Below the pieces are notes generated by a model. It searched no databases, was not told where the DNA came from, and saw nothing but the letters and a program-made list of their open reading frames with translations. Below are positions 49,502-58,838 of a DNA stretch of 64,000 nucleotides, piece by piece. Numbering within the stretch: position 1 is the stretch's first letter; every line of letters begins with the position of its first letter. Both the position numbers and the translations under genes were made by a program. Source of the DNA: Candidatus Latescibacterota bacterium (lineage in GTDB: Bacteria; Latescibacterota; UBA2968; UBA8231); NCBI GenBank assembly GCA_965248265.1, contig CBDFJF010000002.1, forward strand, positions 1,664,001-1,728,000, written 5' to 3'.

Positions 49502-50233
49502 TCACAGGCCGGCCGGCGCCAGTATCAGCTCCGGAACGCGAGTTCGACTCGGAAGCGAGGCTACAAACAGGCAGGCGTCGGCTATGTCTTCCGGTTGCAG
49601 TGCCACCGCCATCATCTCGGGGGGGGTTGGCGCCGGCCTCTTCAGCACCAGGGGGGTGTCCGTGAGGCCGGGAAAGATGATGGAGGTGCGGATGCCGTTT
49701 TCCTGTTCCTCCGCGAAGGTACCGTGGGCAAGGCCGCTCATGCCGTGCTTGGTCGCCTGGTAGGAGACTCCGGAGGCATCCGGTTTCTGCACGCACACGG
49801 ACGACACGTAGATGATGAGGCCCCCATCCTGTTTGCGCATCACCGGTACCACGGCTTTGGTACAGTAAAAGGCGCCGGTCAGGTTGGTCGCCACCATCAT
49901 GTCCCAGGTATCGTCACTCAGCACATCCAGACTGCGCTGGGGGATGTTGGTGCCTGTTGCGTAGATGAGGATGTCAATGCGGCCGAGGGCGGTGACGGTG
50001 GTCGTTATCAGATCGTTCACGGCTTGCGAGTTACTGACATCTGTAACACACACGGTTGCCGAATCGCCGATGCGAGCGGCTACAGCCTTCAGTTCCTCCT
50101 CGTTGCGCGCGGCCAGGACGACTTGGGCACCTGCTTCAGCGAAAGAGAGGGCCGTCGCCCTGCCCATACCGCTGCTGCTGCCGACGATGACGGCGACTTT
50201 GTCATGCAGTGATTGATTCACCGATTGATTCAT
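49502..50233 (-). CDS. Short-chain dehydrogenase/reductase
   Basis: GSSSGMG, NLTG, YQATK (YxxxK), PGLTDTP. Confidence 0.92.
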   Translation of the reverse strand: MNQSVNQSLHDKVAVIVGSSSGMGRATALSFAEAGAQVVLAARNEEELKAVAARIGDSATVCVTDVSNSQAVNDLITTTVTALGRIDILIYATGTNIPQRSLDVLSDDTWDMMVATNLTGAFYCTKAVVPVMRKQDGGLIIYVSSVCVQKPDASGVSYQATKHGMSGLAHGTFAEEQENGIRTSIIFPGLTDTPLVLKRPAPTPPEMMAVALQPEDIADACLFVASLPSRTRVPELILAPAGL

Positions 50234-50329
50234 TTGGCTAACTCTCGTTGATTCATCCGTGTCCCGCAACACAACCGTGATTCTGGGTGCTGCTTTCGTG
50301 ACGTGGGAATCAATAGGTTCGTTTTCGCC

Positions 50330-50388
50330 ACTGTTGTCAACTGTAGTGAAATACTGTTGTAAACTGATTTGACTATTGTAGTAAACTG
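50330..50388. promoter_or_regulatory. Three phased 14-bp direct repeats, candidate operator array
   Basis: actgttgtcaactg (50330), actgttgtaaactg (50353), attgtagtaaactg (50375) in an AT-rich divergent intergenic region. Confidence 0.55.
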
Positions 50389-50418
50389 ATTGACAGCGTT
50401 CGCAAGGAGGGGCCCACC

Positions 50419-51468
50419 GTGAAGATCAGCGACATAAGAGCGATCGTGCCCATCGAGGCGAAGGCTCCCCAGGATTGGCGCGGGTGGTTCGCCCAGATCC
50501 TGGTCATGGTTGAAACCGAGGACGGACTGCGTGGGTACGGAATGGGGGGAGGTGGTGAGGCCGGCGCCCACGTCATCAATACGGCGCTGCACCATGAACT
50601 CGTAGGCGCCGATGCGACCGAAGTGGAAGAGCTCTGGCAGCGCATGTACTCATCGACGCTGGCCTACGGTCGCAAGGGCCTTGCCCTGATGGCGATCAGT
50701 GGCGTCGATCTGGCGCTGTGGGATCTGCGCGGCCGTCGCGAAGGGAGATCGATCGTTGACTTGCTCGGCGGTGCTTCGGGATCCCCTCTCCCGGCTTACA
50801 AGACCACCGGTCTGGACGGCATTCCATTGGATCTGAGTGAGGGATTTGCCGCTTACAAGGTAGGGGGCATGAGCCGGCTGGATGCGCGTGCCGACGTCGA
50901 TCGGATCGTCGAAGAGCTGAGTGAAGCACGGGACAAGGTCGGTTCCGGTTTACAATTGATGGCAGATGCCGGCATGGGCTGGAGGGATCCGGAAGTGGTA
51001 CTGACGTTGTGCGAGCGCCTGGCTCACCTGAACCTGGGCTGGTTGGAGGAACCGCTACCGGCGGATGATCTGGAGGGCTATGCGTGGTTGCGGGAGCATT
51101 CGCCCATTCCGATCGCGGCAGGGGAGCACGAGTTTACGGCAAGCGCCTTCGCCGAGTTGATGCGCCTGGGCTGTCACGACATCTACCAACCGGATGTGTC
51201 CTGGTGCGGTGGCCTGACCCAGGTCGTGGAGATCTACCAACTGGCTCGCGAGCACGGTGTCCGGGTCTGCCCGCATCGTGGGTCGGAACCGTGGGGTCTG
51301 CCGGCAATCGCCGCCCTCGACTCAGAACCGCTGGCCGAGAGTGGACGCCCATGGATGGAGTGGGTTGGGGGGAAGCCGACGATCATCGACGGGTTCGCGC
51401 ATACCACGGCGGCACCCGGATTCGACATCGCGATCGATGATCTAGCCTCCAGGTTCGAACCCGGATAG
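50419..51468 (+). CDS. Mandelate racemase family, acid-sugar (rhamnonate-like) dehydratase
   Basis: YGRKGLALMAISGVDLALWDL, LMADA, WLEEP, IAAGEHEFT, QPDVSWCGG, CPH. Confidence 0.88.
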   Translation: MKISDIRAIVPIEAKAPQDWRGWFAQILVMVETEDGLRGYGMGGGGEAGAHVINTALHHELVGADATEVEELWQRMYSSTLAYGRKGLALMAISGVDLALWDLRGRREGRSIVDLLGGASGSPLPAYKTTGLDGIPLDLSEGFAAYKVGGMSRLDARADVDRIVEELSEARDKVGSGLQLMADAGMGWRDPEVVLTLCERLAHLNLGWLEEPLPADDLEGYAWLREHSPIPIAAGEHEFTASAFAELMRLGCHDIYQPDVSWCGGLTQVVEIYQLAREHGVRVCPHRGSEPWGLPAIAALDSEPLAESGRPWMEWVGGKPTIIDGFAHTTAAPGFDIAIDDLASRFEPG

Positions 51469-51474
51469 GCCTCC

Positions 51475-52599
51475 TCAAACCGGCTTTCCCGCCCGAATTG
51501 TCTGGACCGGCTCCCAACATCCTCCGGGCCTCTGCTCGCCATCGACGTCCACGAGGGGCTCGGCTTCGCTGTTCCAACGCAACACCACAACGTCGGCGCA
51601 GGCGCCCACAGCCAGGGTGCCGACTTCCCCGCCCAGACCGAGAAACTGGGCCGATCGGGCAGTGGCACGTTCGAAGGCGTCCGTTTCCTCCATGCCGGCG
51701 GCGATGAGCTTCGACATCGTCCTCGGGAGATCATGCTGTGGATTGCTGCCGACATGTTTGTTGTACTGATCAGTGGAGACGGTGTCCGGTAAAAACCCCT
51801 CGGCGAACATGGCCTCGGCAACCGGGAAGCTGAATGACCGCATGCCATGGCCGGCATCGAAGAGGATGCCGCGCTCCCGTGCCTGCCAGACCGAGTCCAC
51901 GACGCGGCCGTCGGCAACCAGATTCTCGGTGAAGGAATTGAGGCAATAGGTGACCACGTCGCCGGTCCGCAGCAACTCCAGCTGCTGTGCCAAAGGCCAA
52001 TCCTCGTCCCACCGGGCCCCGTACAGGATCGGCCGGCCGCAGGCTTCGGCGGCCGCCAACCCCCGCCTCATGATTTCGCGGGGGTCGAGATCGCCGACTG
52101 CGGCCACAGCGGTGTTGAAGGCGATGCCCCAGACGGCGTCCCCGCCTTCTGAGACCGTTCTCGCGCAAGCGTCAACGTCGGCATCGTCAAGGGTCACGAA
52201 GCAGCCTTCCTCCTGGGATTCTCCGTACTTGCTCAACCCGAGAGCCATCAGAACCCGGGTGCGGCGGCCTTCGACTACATCACGCCGGTAGTCACTCCAG
52301 TTCAGCGCGCCCGCATCTCCCTGTGACATGACGGTGGTGACGCCGCGTGGCAGGAATTCGACATCCGGATCTACACCATAGCGAGAGCCCTCGAGTGCCG
52401 GGTGCGCGTGCAGGTCAACGAGGCCCGGCAGCAGTAAATCATCGGGGAAGTCCAGGGTCTCTCGAGCCGAGCCGGAGACATCGGCCCCTGCCGCGATGAT
52501 ACGATCGCCGCATATGCCGACGGCTCCCGGGCCGTCGAACTTGGAGGCCGCACAAAACATGCGGCCGGCGCGGATCAGTAAATCGAAATCAGCAGACAT
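51475..52599 (-). CDS. Amidohydrolase/deacetylase, dihydroorotase-like family
   Basis: PGLVDLHAH, GVTTVMSQGDAG, LRTGDVVT, FDAGHG..SFSF, PDTVSTD; RBS AAGGAG before ATG52599. Confidence 0.85.
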   Translation of the reverse strand: MSADFDLLIRAGRMFCAASKFDGPGAVGICGDRIIAAGADVSGSARETLDFPDDLLLPGLVDLHAHPALEGSRYGVDPDVEFLPRGVTTVMSQGDAGALNWSDYRRDVVEGRRTRVLMALGLSKYGESQEEGCFVTLDDADVDACARTVSEGGDAVWGIAFNTAVAAVGDLDPREIMRRGLAAAEACGRPILYGARWDEDWPLAQQLELLRTGDVVTYCLNSFTENLVADGRVVDSVWQARERGILFDAGHGMRSFSFPVAEAMFAEGFLPDTVSTDQYNKHVGSNPQHDLPRTMSKLIAAGMEETDAFERATARSAQFLGLGGEVGTLAVGACADVVVLRWNSEAEPLVDVDGEQRPGGCWEPVQTIRAGKPV

Positions 52600-52658
52600 G
52601 GTTCTCCTTCTGATTGTCTGAATGTCGCCGCATCCAACCAGGCCGATGCGCACTCGAT

Positions 52659-52674
52659 TGTTTATATATAAACA
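52659..52674. promoter_or_regulatory. Perfect 16-bp palindrome TGTTTATATATAAACA, candidate operator
   Basis: Exact inverted repeat, strongly AT-rich against a GC-rich background, about 60 bp upstream of the amidohydrolase start. Confidence 0.55.
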
Positions 52675-52917
52675 CCTTAGCGACAGCAGGCCCGAGGTTG
52701 CCGTGCGGGCAGCTACGGCTAATTTCAGCTGACGGGTCGCCAATCAGGCGGTCAATCAATGAAGCCACCGTCGGCCAATCATGATAACGAATAACACACG
52801 AACCGCTCAAGCGGACGACATGCTCGAGGTGTGTGACCTGGGGGGAGGGAGATCCAGCGTGAGGTCGAGGTCACTATAGGTAGTTGTCGAAAACGGCATG
52901 ACGGAAGGACGGGCTGT

Positions 52918-53718
52918 ATGAGATTGAAAAACGCGCTGTACGGGATAATGGAGAAATCAGAAGATCGCATCAGCAAAATCGCCGATGTGTTTCTGGTCTC
53001 TCTGATCGTGCTGAACGTAGCGGCTGTGATCCTGGAAACGGTTGCGTGGGTGCACGATCGCTACGCCGCAGAGCTCCACGTGTTCGACGTGTTCTCGGTT
53101 ACCATATTCACCGTGGAGTACCTTCTGCGGCTGTGGATCTGTACGCTAAACCCGAAATACAGTCATCCTCTGAAAGGTCGGTTGGCCTACGCAAGATCCG
53201 GCATGGCATTGATCGATCTGGTCGCCATCTTGCCATTCTATCTACCCTTCGTGGTCACGTTTGACCTGCGGGTCATGCGTCTGATCAGACTCATCAGGTT
53301 GCTTCGACTCCTGAAGGTGTTCCGATACTCCGAATCCATCAAGATTTTTGCCGATGTGTATCGCTTGAAGCGACAGGAACTGTCGATGGTATTCCTCGCC
53401 ATCATCTTCCTGTTGACCATCTCGTCCGCGGTGGTCTACCACCTGGAGCATGAGGCACAACCGGATGACTTCTCCAGCATTCCGGCTGCCATGTGGTGGG
53501 GCGTGGCGACGCTGACAACGGTAGGCTACGGAGATGTAACACCCATAACCGGTTTGGGGAGATTTTTCGGCGCCATCATCGCCCTGCTCGGGGTCGGCCT
53601 GTTTGCGTTGCCGGCCGGCATTCTGGGCTCGGGTTTCATTACCGCCATGCGTCGCAAAGACGGCGGATCTTTCAAGTGCCCTCACTGCCACAAGGACATC
53701 GCACGCGGAGGTGGGTGA
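52918..53718 (+). CDS. Voltage-gated potassium channel (6TM)
   Basis: S4 RVMRLIRLIRLLRLLK, pore WWGVATLTTVGYGD, C-terminal CPHC. Confidence 0.93.
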   Translation: MRLKNALYGIMEKSEDRISKIADVFLVSLIVLNVAAVILETVAWVHDRYAAELHVFDVFSVTIFTVEYLLRLWICTLNPKYSHPLKGRLAYARSGMALIDLVAILPFYLPFVVTFDLRVMRLIRLIRLLRLLKVFRYSESIKIFADVYRLKRQELSMVFLAIIFLLTISSAVVYHLEHEAQPDDFSSIPAAMWWGVATLTTVGYGDVTPITGLGRFFGAIIALLGVGLFALPAGILGSGFITAMRRKDGGSFKCPHCHKDIARGGG

Positions 53719-53728
53719 CGATTACCAA

Positions 53729-53758
53729 TTACAGTAAATCACTTTACAGTAAATCACT
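53729..53758 (+). repeat. Perfect 15-bp tandem duplication
   Basis: ttacagtaaatcact x2, between convergent genes and including the stop codon at 53754. Confidence 0.9.
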
Positions 53759-55028
53759 GCGCTGTGCTGAGGTCCACGGCGACGATTTCGGCCTCGTCAC
53801 GAACGTAGAGTACGCCGTCTGCAAGGGAGGGCACGGTCCAACAGCGACCCTTCATCAGTGGCACATTGGCTTTCTCGACGAAACCAGTTGGGGTGGCCTC
53901 GACCAGTCCGAGGTTGCCCTGCTCACCGAGCACGATGAGGTGCCCCGCGGCTGCGATCAGCGTGCCTTTGGCATAACCGCGAGACTTCCATCTCTCTTCG
54001 CCATTGCCGGCATCGATGCACTTGAGGATGGAGTTGTCGAAGCCGTAGAGATGGCCGTCGACATGGATTGAGGTGCCGAAGTGGTTCTTCAGCTTCGAGT
54101 TCTTCCAGACTTCATCGACACCGTTGGCACTGACTCGCACGACGGCGCCCTTGTCTCCGGATGAGACAAAGATGCGGTCAGGCGGCATGAATACGGGAGT
54201 TGCAGCACTGACGTCCCAACGGGTTTTCCATGGGAAGCGCCATCGCTCGTTGCCATCGTCGGCGGCGAGTCCAACCAGGGCATAGGCGTTGATGAAGGCA
54301 ATCTGGCGCTCTCCATCCACCGCATAGGCGATGGGCGAGGAGTAGCTCATCTTGTCGTCGAGGGCCGTCCACAGGGTGCGCCCTGTAGTCTTGTCCAGGG
54401 CCACAGCTGTCGCATTCGCTGTGCGGTCGATGACCATGTCGACGAGCATGTTGCCGTCCACTCCGCCAACCTCGACCAGGAGAAGCTGCCCCTCCACCAG
54501 CGGGGAGGTGCTGAAACCCCATTTTGGAACGTCGCTACCGAACTCCTCGGCCAGGTCCTTCTGCCAGTGCTCCTCGCCGGTGGATGCTTGCAGTGCGAAG
54601 AGCCGGCCTTCGGCACCCAGCACGTACACGACATCGCCGTCAACGGTCGGCGTTGACCGCGGACCGTCTCCGCCCTGGGTTTCCTTGTAGTATCCCCCAG
54701 TGCGTAGACGCCACAGTTCCTCACCACTGGCTGCGTCCAGACAGACGGCGAATTCACCACCCGTCGAGTCGGCGAACATGGTGAACAGGCGTCCATCGGC
54801 CACTGACACCGCTGAGAACCCCTTTCCCAATGGCTGACTCCATGAGACCTTCAATCCGGCGTCCGGCCACTGCAGCAGGAGGTCCGTTTCTGCCGAAACA
54901 CCATCGCGGCCCGGGCCCAGCCACTGAGGCCAGTCCAGGGCAGTTCCCGGCATGGCGCTGAGCAAGGCCATCGCACAGAGGAGGCCAGTCAATCGTTTCT
55001 TGGCGAATTCCGTCATCTGTAAATCCAT
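53754..55028 (-). CDS. PQQ-like beta-propeller repeat protein (BamB-like fold)
   Basis: Signal peptide; DWPQWLGPGRDG, GPRSTPTVDG, SYSSP, CWTVPSLADGVLYVRD. Confidence 0.88.
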   Translation of the reverse strand: MDLQMTEFAKKRLTGLLCAMALLSAMPGTALDWPQWLGPGRDGVSAETDLLLQWPDAGLKVSWSQPLGKGFSAVSVADGRLFTMFADSTGGEFAVCLDAASGEELWRLRTGGYYKETQGGDGPRSTPTVDGDVVYVLGAEGRLFALQASTGEEHWQKDLAEEFGSDVPKWGFSTSPLVEGQLLLVEVGGVDGNMLVDMVIDRTANATAVALDKTTGRTLWTALDDKMSYSSPIAYAVDGERQIAFINAYALVGLAADDGNERWRFPWKTRWDVSAATPVFMPPDRIFVSSGDKGAVVRVSANGVDEVWKNSKLKNHFGTSIHVDGHLYGFDNSILKCIDAGNGEERWKSRGYAKGTLIAAAGHLIVLGEQGNLGLVEATPTGFVEKANVPLMKGRCWTVPSLADGVLYVRDEAEIVAVDLSTAQ

Positions 55029-55043
55029 TATAGTTCCATGCTT

Positions 55044-55646
55044 TCAAGCGGCTCGTTCGCGCACGAACTCTTCGAGGCAGAAGCGCGGGCAGACACTCTC
55101 TTCGATGTAGTCGATCAGGTGCGTGGCCAGGCCCCGAATCCTCTTTTCCACAGAGGCGTCGAGACAGTTGCCGTCCTCGTCAAACAGATCCTGGACACCA
55201 GCAACGGAAACCGGGCCTGGAAGTACGATGGAGCCAATGTGCGAGCACACACTGCGGAGGTGTTCGAGAGCCTTGATCGCGCCGATCTGTCCGGCGGCGA
55301 CTCCCAGCAGGGCGACGGGTTTACCGGCCAGGCCCGAAGGAAAACCGAGATTCTCGATTACGAGCTTGATGACACTGGAGTAGGAACCGTGATATTCGGG
55401 GGTCGCCAGGACAACGCCGGTGGCATTGCGGATGGTTTCGGCGAATCGTTCAGCTTCCGGTGAGTCTGTTCCACTGCCCGGCATGGGAAGCGCCACGCCG
55501 GTTGGGTCGACGATGTCTACCTGAAACGACTCGTTGGCCGACAACTCGTCCGCGACAAGGGCCAACGCCTTGGCAGTGTAGTTTCCAGGTCTGACGCTGC
55601 CCTGCACAAGGGCAACGCGGATCTCTCCGGGAGTTTGGTCAGGCAC
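55044..55646 (-). CDS. NADPH-dependent FMN reductase
   Basis: GSVRPGNYT, ATPEYHGSYSSVIK, GKPVALL. Confidence 0.9.
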   Translation of the reverse strand: MPDQTPGEIRVALVQGSVRPGNYTAKALALVADELSANESFQVDIVDPTGVALPMPGSGTDSPEAERFAETIRNATGVVLATPEYHGSYSSVIKLVIENLGFPSGLAGKPVALLGVAAGQIGAIKALEHLRSVCSHIGSIVLPGPVSVAGVQDLFDEDGNCLDASVEKRIRGLATHLIDYIEESVCPRFCLEEFVRERAA

Positions 55647-55766
55647 GGAAGAACTCCTTTCTCAAGCGGTGGAAAATGGGTTTCGGCGCTCTTTCGCGCC
55701 AAATAGCACCTGTATAACTTCAATAAGCCTATTGAAATCGCAAAATCAGCACTGCCGTCTCATCTT

Positions 55767-56408
55767 ATGGAATACAACGAGAAAATGCTCGCCGCCAAGG
55801 CGAAGCTGCTGGAACGCTTCAAGGCCAGAAAGCCCCGGCAGGTCGATCCCACTCAGGAGCGGTTGCCTCCTGGCCAGCACCTGACAACCGGTTTTCCGGT
55901 TCTCGATCTGGGAGTGCGACCAAAGTTCCATGAACCACGCTGGCGTTTTGAAGTTAAGGGAGAAGTGGAGCGCGAGCTGGCATTGAGTTGGGAGCAGTTC
56001 CGCCAGCTGCCTCGAGTGGAACAGGTGTCGGATTTTCACTGCGTCACCACCTGGTCGAAATTCGACGTGGCTTGGGGTGGGGTGCGGTTCGTCGACGTGG
56101 CGGCGCTGACACAACCGACACACAAGGCGCGGTTCGTCGTCGCCGAGGGGTCCGACTACTACACAACCAACCTGCCTCTGGACGATTGTCTCCGCGAAGA
56201 CGTGATTCTGGCTGACGAACTGTTCGGGGAGCCCCTGTCGCGGGAGCACGGGGGCCCCATGCGTTTGATCGTGCCACATCTCTACGCGTGGAAATCGGCC
56301 AAGTTCCTGCGCCGGCTCAAGTTCTCACCAGTGGACGAGCTCGGGTACTGGGAAGAGCGCGGGTATCACCGCCGGGGCGATCCCTGGAACGAAGAGCGCC
56401 ACGGGTAG
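55767..56408 (+). CDS. Sulfite-oxidase-like molybdopterin oxidoreductase
   Basis: RLPPGQ, DFHCVTTWS (Mo-ligating Cys), HGGPMRLIVPHLYAWKSAK, GYWEERGYH. Confidence 0.9.
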   Translation: MEYNEKMLAAKAKLLERFKARKPRQVDPTQERLPPGQHLTTGFPVLDLGVRPKFHEPRWRFEVKGEVERELALSWEQFRQLPRVEQVSDFHCVTTWSKFDVAWGGVRFVDVAALTQPTHKARFVVAEGSDYYTTNLPLDDCLREDVILADELFGEPLSREHGGPMRLIVPHLYAWKSAKFLRRLKFSPVDELGYWEERGYHRRGDPWNEERHG

Positions 56409-56434
56409 GCCTGCACATTACCGAGAGGGAGCCG

Positions 56435-57409
56435 ATGTCGACCGGTACCAACCAGGCGTCCATGCCCGTTTGCGATCCTCACTTTCACCTGTGGGATCTG
56501 CCCAACCGCCCGAACAGCAATGTGGGTAAGGACGTTGAGGAGCGCCTCCCGACGTACCTGGGCTCCGATTACCATGCCGAGATGAAGACGTTGCCGGCCG
56601 GACTGCGAGTGGTTTCGCGGGTACACGTAGAGACCATCGTGGGACAGATGGAGGGGCACGTATTTGCGGATGCGGTCGACGAGACGCGGTGGGTGCGCGC
56701 TCAACTGGAGCCGACGGCGGTGGAGTGTCCGTTCGGCCAGGTGGCCTACGTCCATATGGCGAAAGCGCCGGAGCAAACCACACGGGTGCTGCAGGAGCAC
56801 GTCGAGGCTTCCGGTGGCAGGTTATGCGGAGTTCGCATGATTTTGAATCATCATCCGGAAAACCCCGCGCTGACTTGGCCACAGGTGGAAAGTGGTGAGC
56901 TGGTGCGCACCGACAATTTTCGCGCGAGTCTTGCCCTGCTCGACAACCTCGATTTGACCTTTGACCTGTCCTGTCATCCACATCAGGTTCCCGATGCGGC
57001 CGCGGTGCTGGGGGACTTTCCGAAATTGCGCGTCGTCACCAACCACGTAGGATTCCTGCACGATGGTGAGGAGGAGGCGCACGAGCGGCTGTGGCGTGAA
57101 GGCATGACGGCGTTGGCCGAGCTGCCAAACGTCTTCATGAAGCTGTCCATGCTGTGGTTCGGTTGTGAGGGTTATCACCAGGATGAGGCAAAGGCAGCGA
57201 AGATGCGCGATATTGTTCTCGAACTCATCGACCTGTTCGGTGTTGACCGTTGCATGTTCGCCAGCAACTATCCGGTAGACAAGGTCATGGGGATCCCGGT
57301 CGCCAAGTTGTATGAAGATTTTCTGAGTTGGACTGGGGATCGGTCAGACGTGGACCGGGCCGCGCTTTTCCACGACACCGCGGTGAAGGCATACCGCCTG
57401 GACTCATGA
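56435..57409 (+). CDS. Amidohydrolase_2 family (sugar-lactonase-like)
   Basis: DPHFHLWD, GVRMIL, NHVG, KLS, RCMFASNYP, LFHDTAVKAY. Confidence 0.88.
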   Translation: MSTGTNQASMPVCDPHFHLWDLPNRPNSNVGKDVEERLPTYLGSDYHAEMKTLPAGLRVVSRVHVETIVGQMEGHVFADAVDETRWVRAQLEPTAVECPFGQVAYVHMAKAPEQTTRVLQEHVEASGGRLCGVRMILNHHPENPALTWPQVESGELVRTDNFRASLALLDNLDLTFDLSCHPHQVPDAAAVLGDFPKLRVVTNHVGFLHDGEEEAHERLWREGMTALAELPNVFMKLSMLWFGCEGYHQDEAKAAKMRDIVLELIDLFGVDRCMFASNYPVDKVMGIPVAKLYEDFLSWTGDRSDVDRAALFHDTAVKAYRLDS

Positions 57410-58827
57410 TGAACATGGATCACCAACCAAAAAGCCCACACGAGAAGGCCCTGGCAGTCAATCTCGATCAGCGACGCTATGGGACCTTTGCCGAAATAGG
57501 TGCAGGTCAAGAGGTCGTGCGCTGGTTCTTCCTCGTCGGGGGTGCGTCCGGCACGATCTCGAAGAGCATCTCCGCCTACGACATGACCGTTTCCGATGCG
57601 ATTTACGGTGAATGCGAGCGCTACGTATGTCGCGAGCGGTTGGAGTCGATGCTGCAGTACGAATACGATCTGTGCATCGAGCGGCTGGCCAAAGGCAGGG
57701 GTGACAACACGGGGTTCTTCGCCTTCGCCGACACGGTGTCGGCGCAGAGCTTCTCAGGCAACAAAGAGTGTCACGGCTGGATGGGCGTCCGTTTCCAATC
57801 CCATCCACGCGATGACGTCAGCCAGATCATCATGCACGTGCGCATGTGGGACTCCGAGAACTCGGCGCAGCAGGAAGCCCTCGGTATCGTCGGTGTCAAT
57901 CTCATCTTCGGGGCACTGAACCTGTTCCACGAGCCGGATCAGCTCATCGAATCGCTGCTGGACAGCCTGTCGACGGAGCGCATCGAGATCGACCTGATCG
58001 AGTTCAGTGGCATTGAGTTTCGTCACGTGGACAACCGCCTGATGGCTCTTCGATTGGTACAGCTGGGATTAACGAATGCCGCCATGTTCAGCGGCGAGGG
58101 GCAGGTGCTACAGCCTTCGGAAGTGCTGCGCAAGAAATCCGTCATCGTCGAACGCGGCCGCTTTCGCCCGGTGACCCTCGTCAACCTGGACATGCTGGAG
58201 TCGACGATCGACCAGTTGACGAACCAGGAGGAGATCAACGGCGATGAGATCGTGACCCTACTGGAAGTCACCATGCATAACCTGATGGCCGACGGCGAGA
58301 TCGACTTCCGGGATTTTCTCAGCCGGGCCGATGTGCTGGCGGCCACCGGCCACACGGTGTTGATCTCGAATTACTTCGAATACTTCCGCCTTGTCGGTTA
58401 TCTGACTCGGTACACGAACCGATCGATCGCCATCGTCATGGGGGCGGGTGGACTCGCCGAACTCTTCAACGAGCTTCACTACCAGCATCTGGAGGGGGGA
58501 ATGTTGGAAGCCTTCGGACGTCTGTTCAAGAGCGACGTCAAGGTGTTCGTTTACCCGATGCGGGTGCCGGAGAGTGGTGAGCTGATCACGGTGAGCAATT
58601 TCAAACCGCCGGCAGCATTGGCGGCACTCTTCGAGTACCTGGTGTCGAGCGGGGTTATCATGCAACTGGAGAAGTATCGCGACGATATCCTGCACATCTA
58701 TTCACACGACGTGCTGGACTTGATCAAGAAGGGTGACGATCAGTGGCAGGGGATGGTGCCGCCAAAGGTGGCGGCAGCCATTCAAGATCAGGGTCTGTTC
58801 GGCCACGGACACACCGGCAGGCGCTGA
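57406..58827 (+). CDS. Conserved uncharacterised soluble protein with a degenerate nucleotidyltransferase-like C-terminal half
   Basis: YGTFAEIGAGQEV, GGASGTISKSISAYDM, HGWMGVRFQ, ERGRFRPVT, C-terminal WQGMVPPKVAAAI; no signal peptide or TM segment. Confidence 0.7.
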   Translation: MMNMDHQPKSPHEKALAVNLDQRRYGTFAEIGAGQEVVRWFFLVGGASGTISKSISAYDMTVSDAIYGECERYVCRERLESMLQYEYDLCIERLAKGRGDNTGFFAFADTVSAQSFSGNKECHGWMGVRFQSHPRDDVSQIIMHVRMWDSENSAQQEALGIVGVNLIFGALNLFHEPDQLIESLLDSLSTERIEIDLIEFSGIEFRHVDNRLMALRLVQLGLTNAAMFSGEGQVLQPSEVLRKKSVIVERGRFRPVTLVNLDMLESTIDQLTNQEEINGDEIVTLLEVTMHNLMADGEIDFRDFLSRADVLAATGHTVLISNYFEYFRLVGYLTRYTNRSIAIVMGAGGLAELFNELHYQHLEGGMLEAFGRLFKSDVKVFVYPMRVPESGELITVSNFKPPAALAALFEYLVSSGVIMQLEKYRDDILHIYSHDVLDLIKKGDDQWQGMVPPKVAAAIQDQGLFGHGHTGRR

Positions 58828-58838
58828 GTGCCATGAGA

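Noticed and set aside
50330-50388. CRISPR or iteron array
   Set aside because: Repeats are 14 bp with 8-9 bp gaps and only three copies; no cas or rep gene.
57406-58827. TonB-dependent receptor label
   Set aside because: No signal peptide, plug or beta-barrel pattern; too short.
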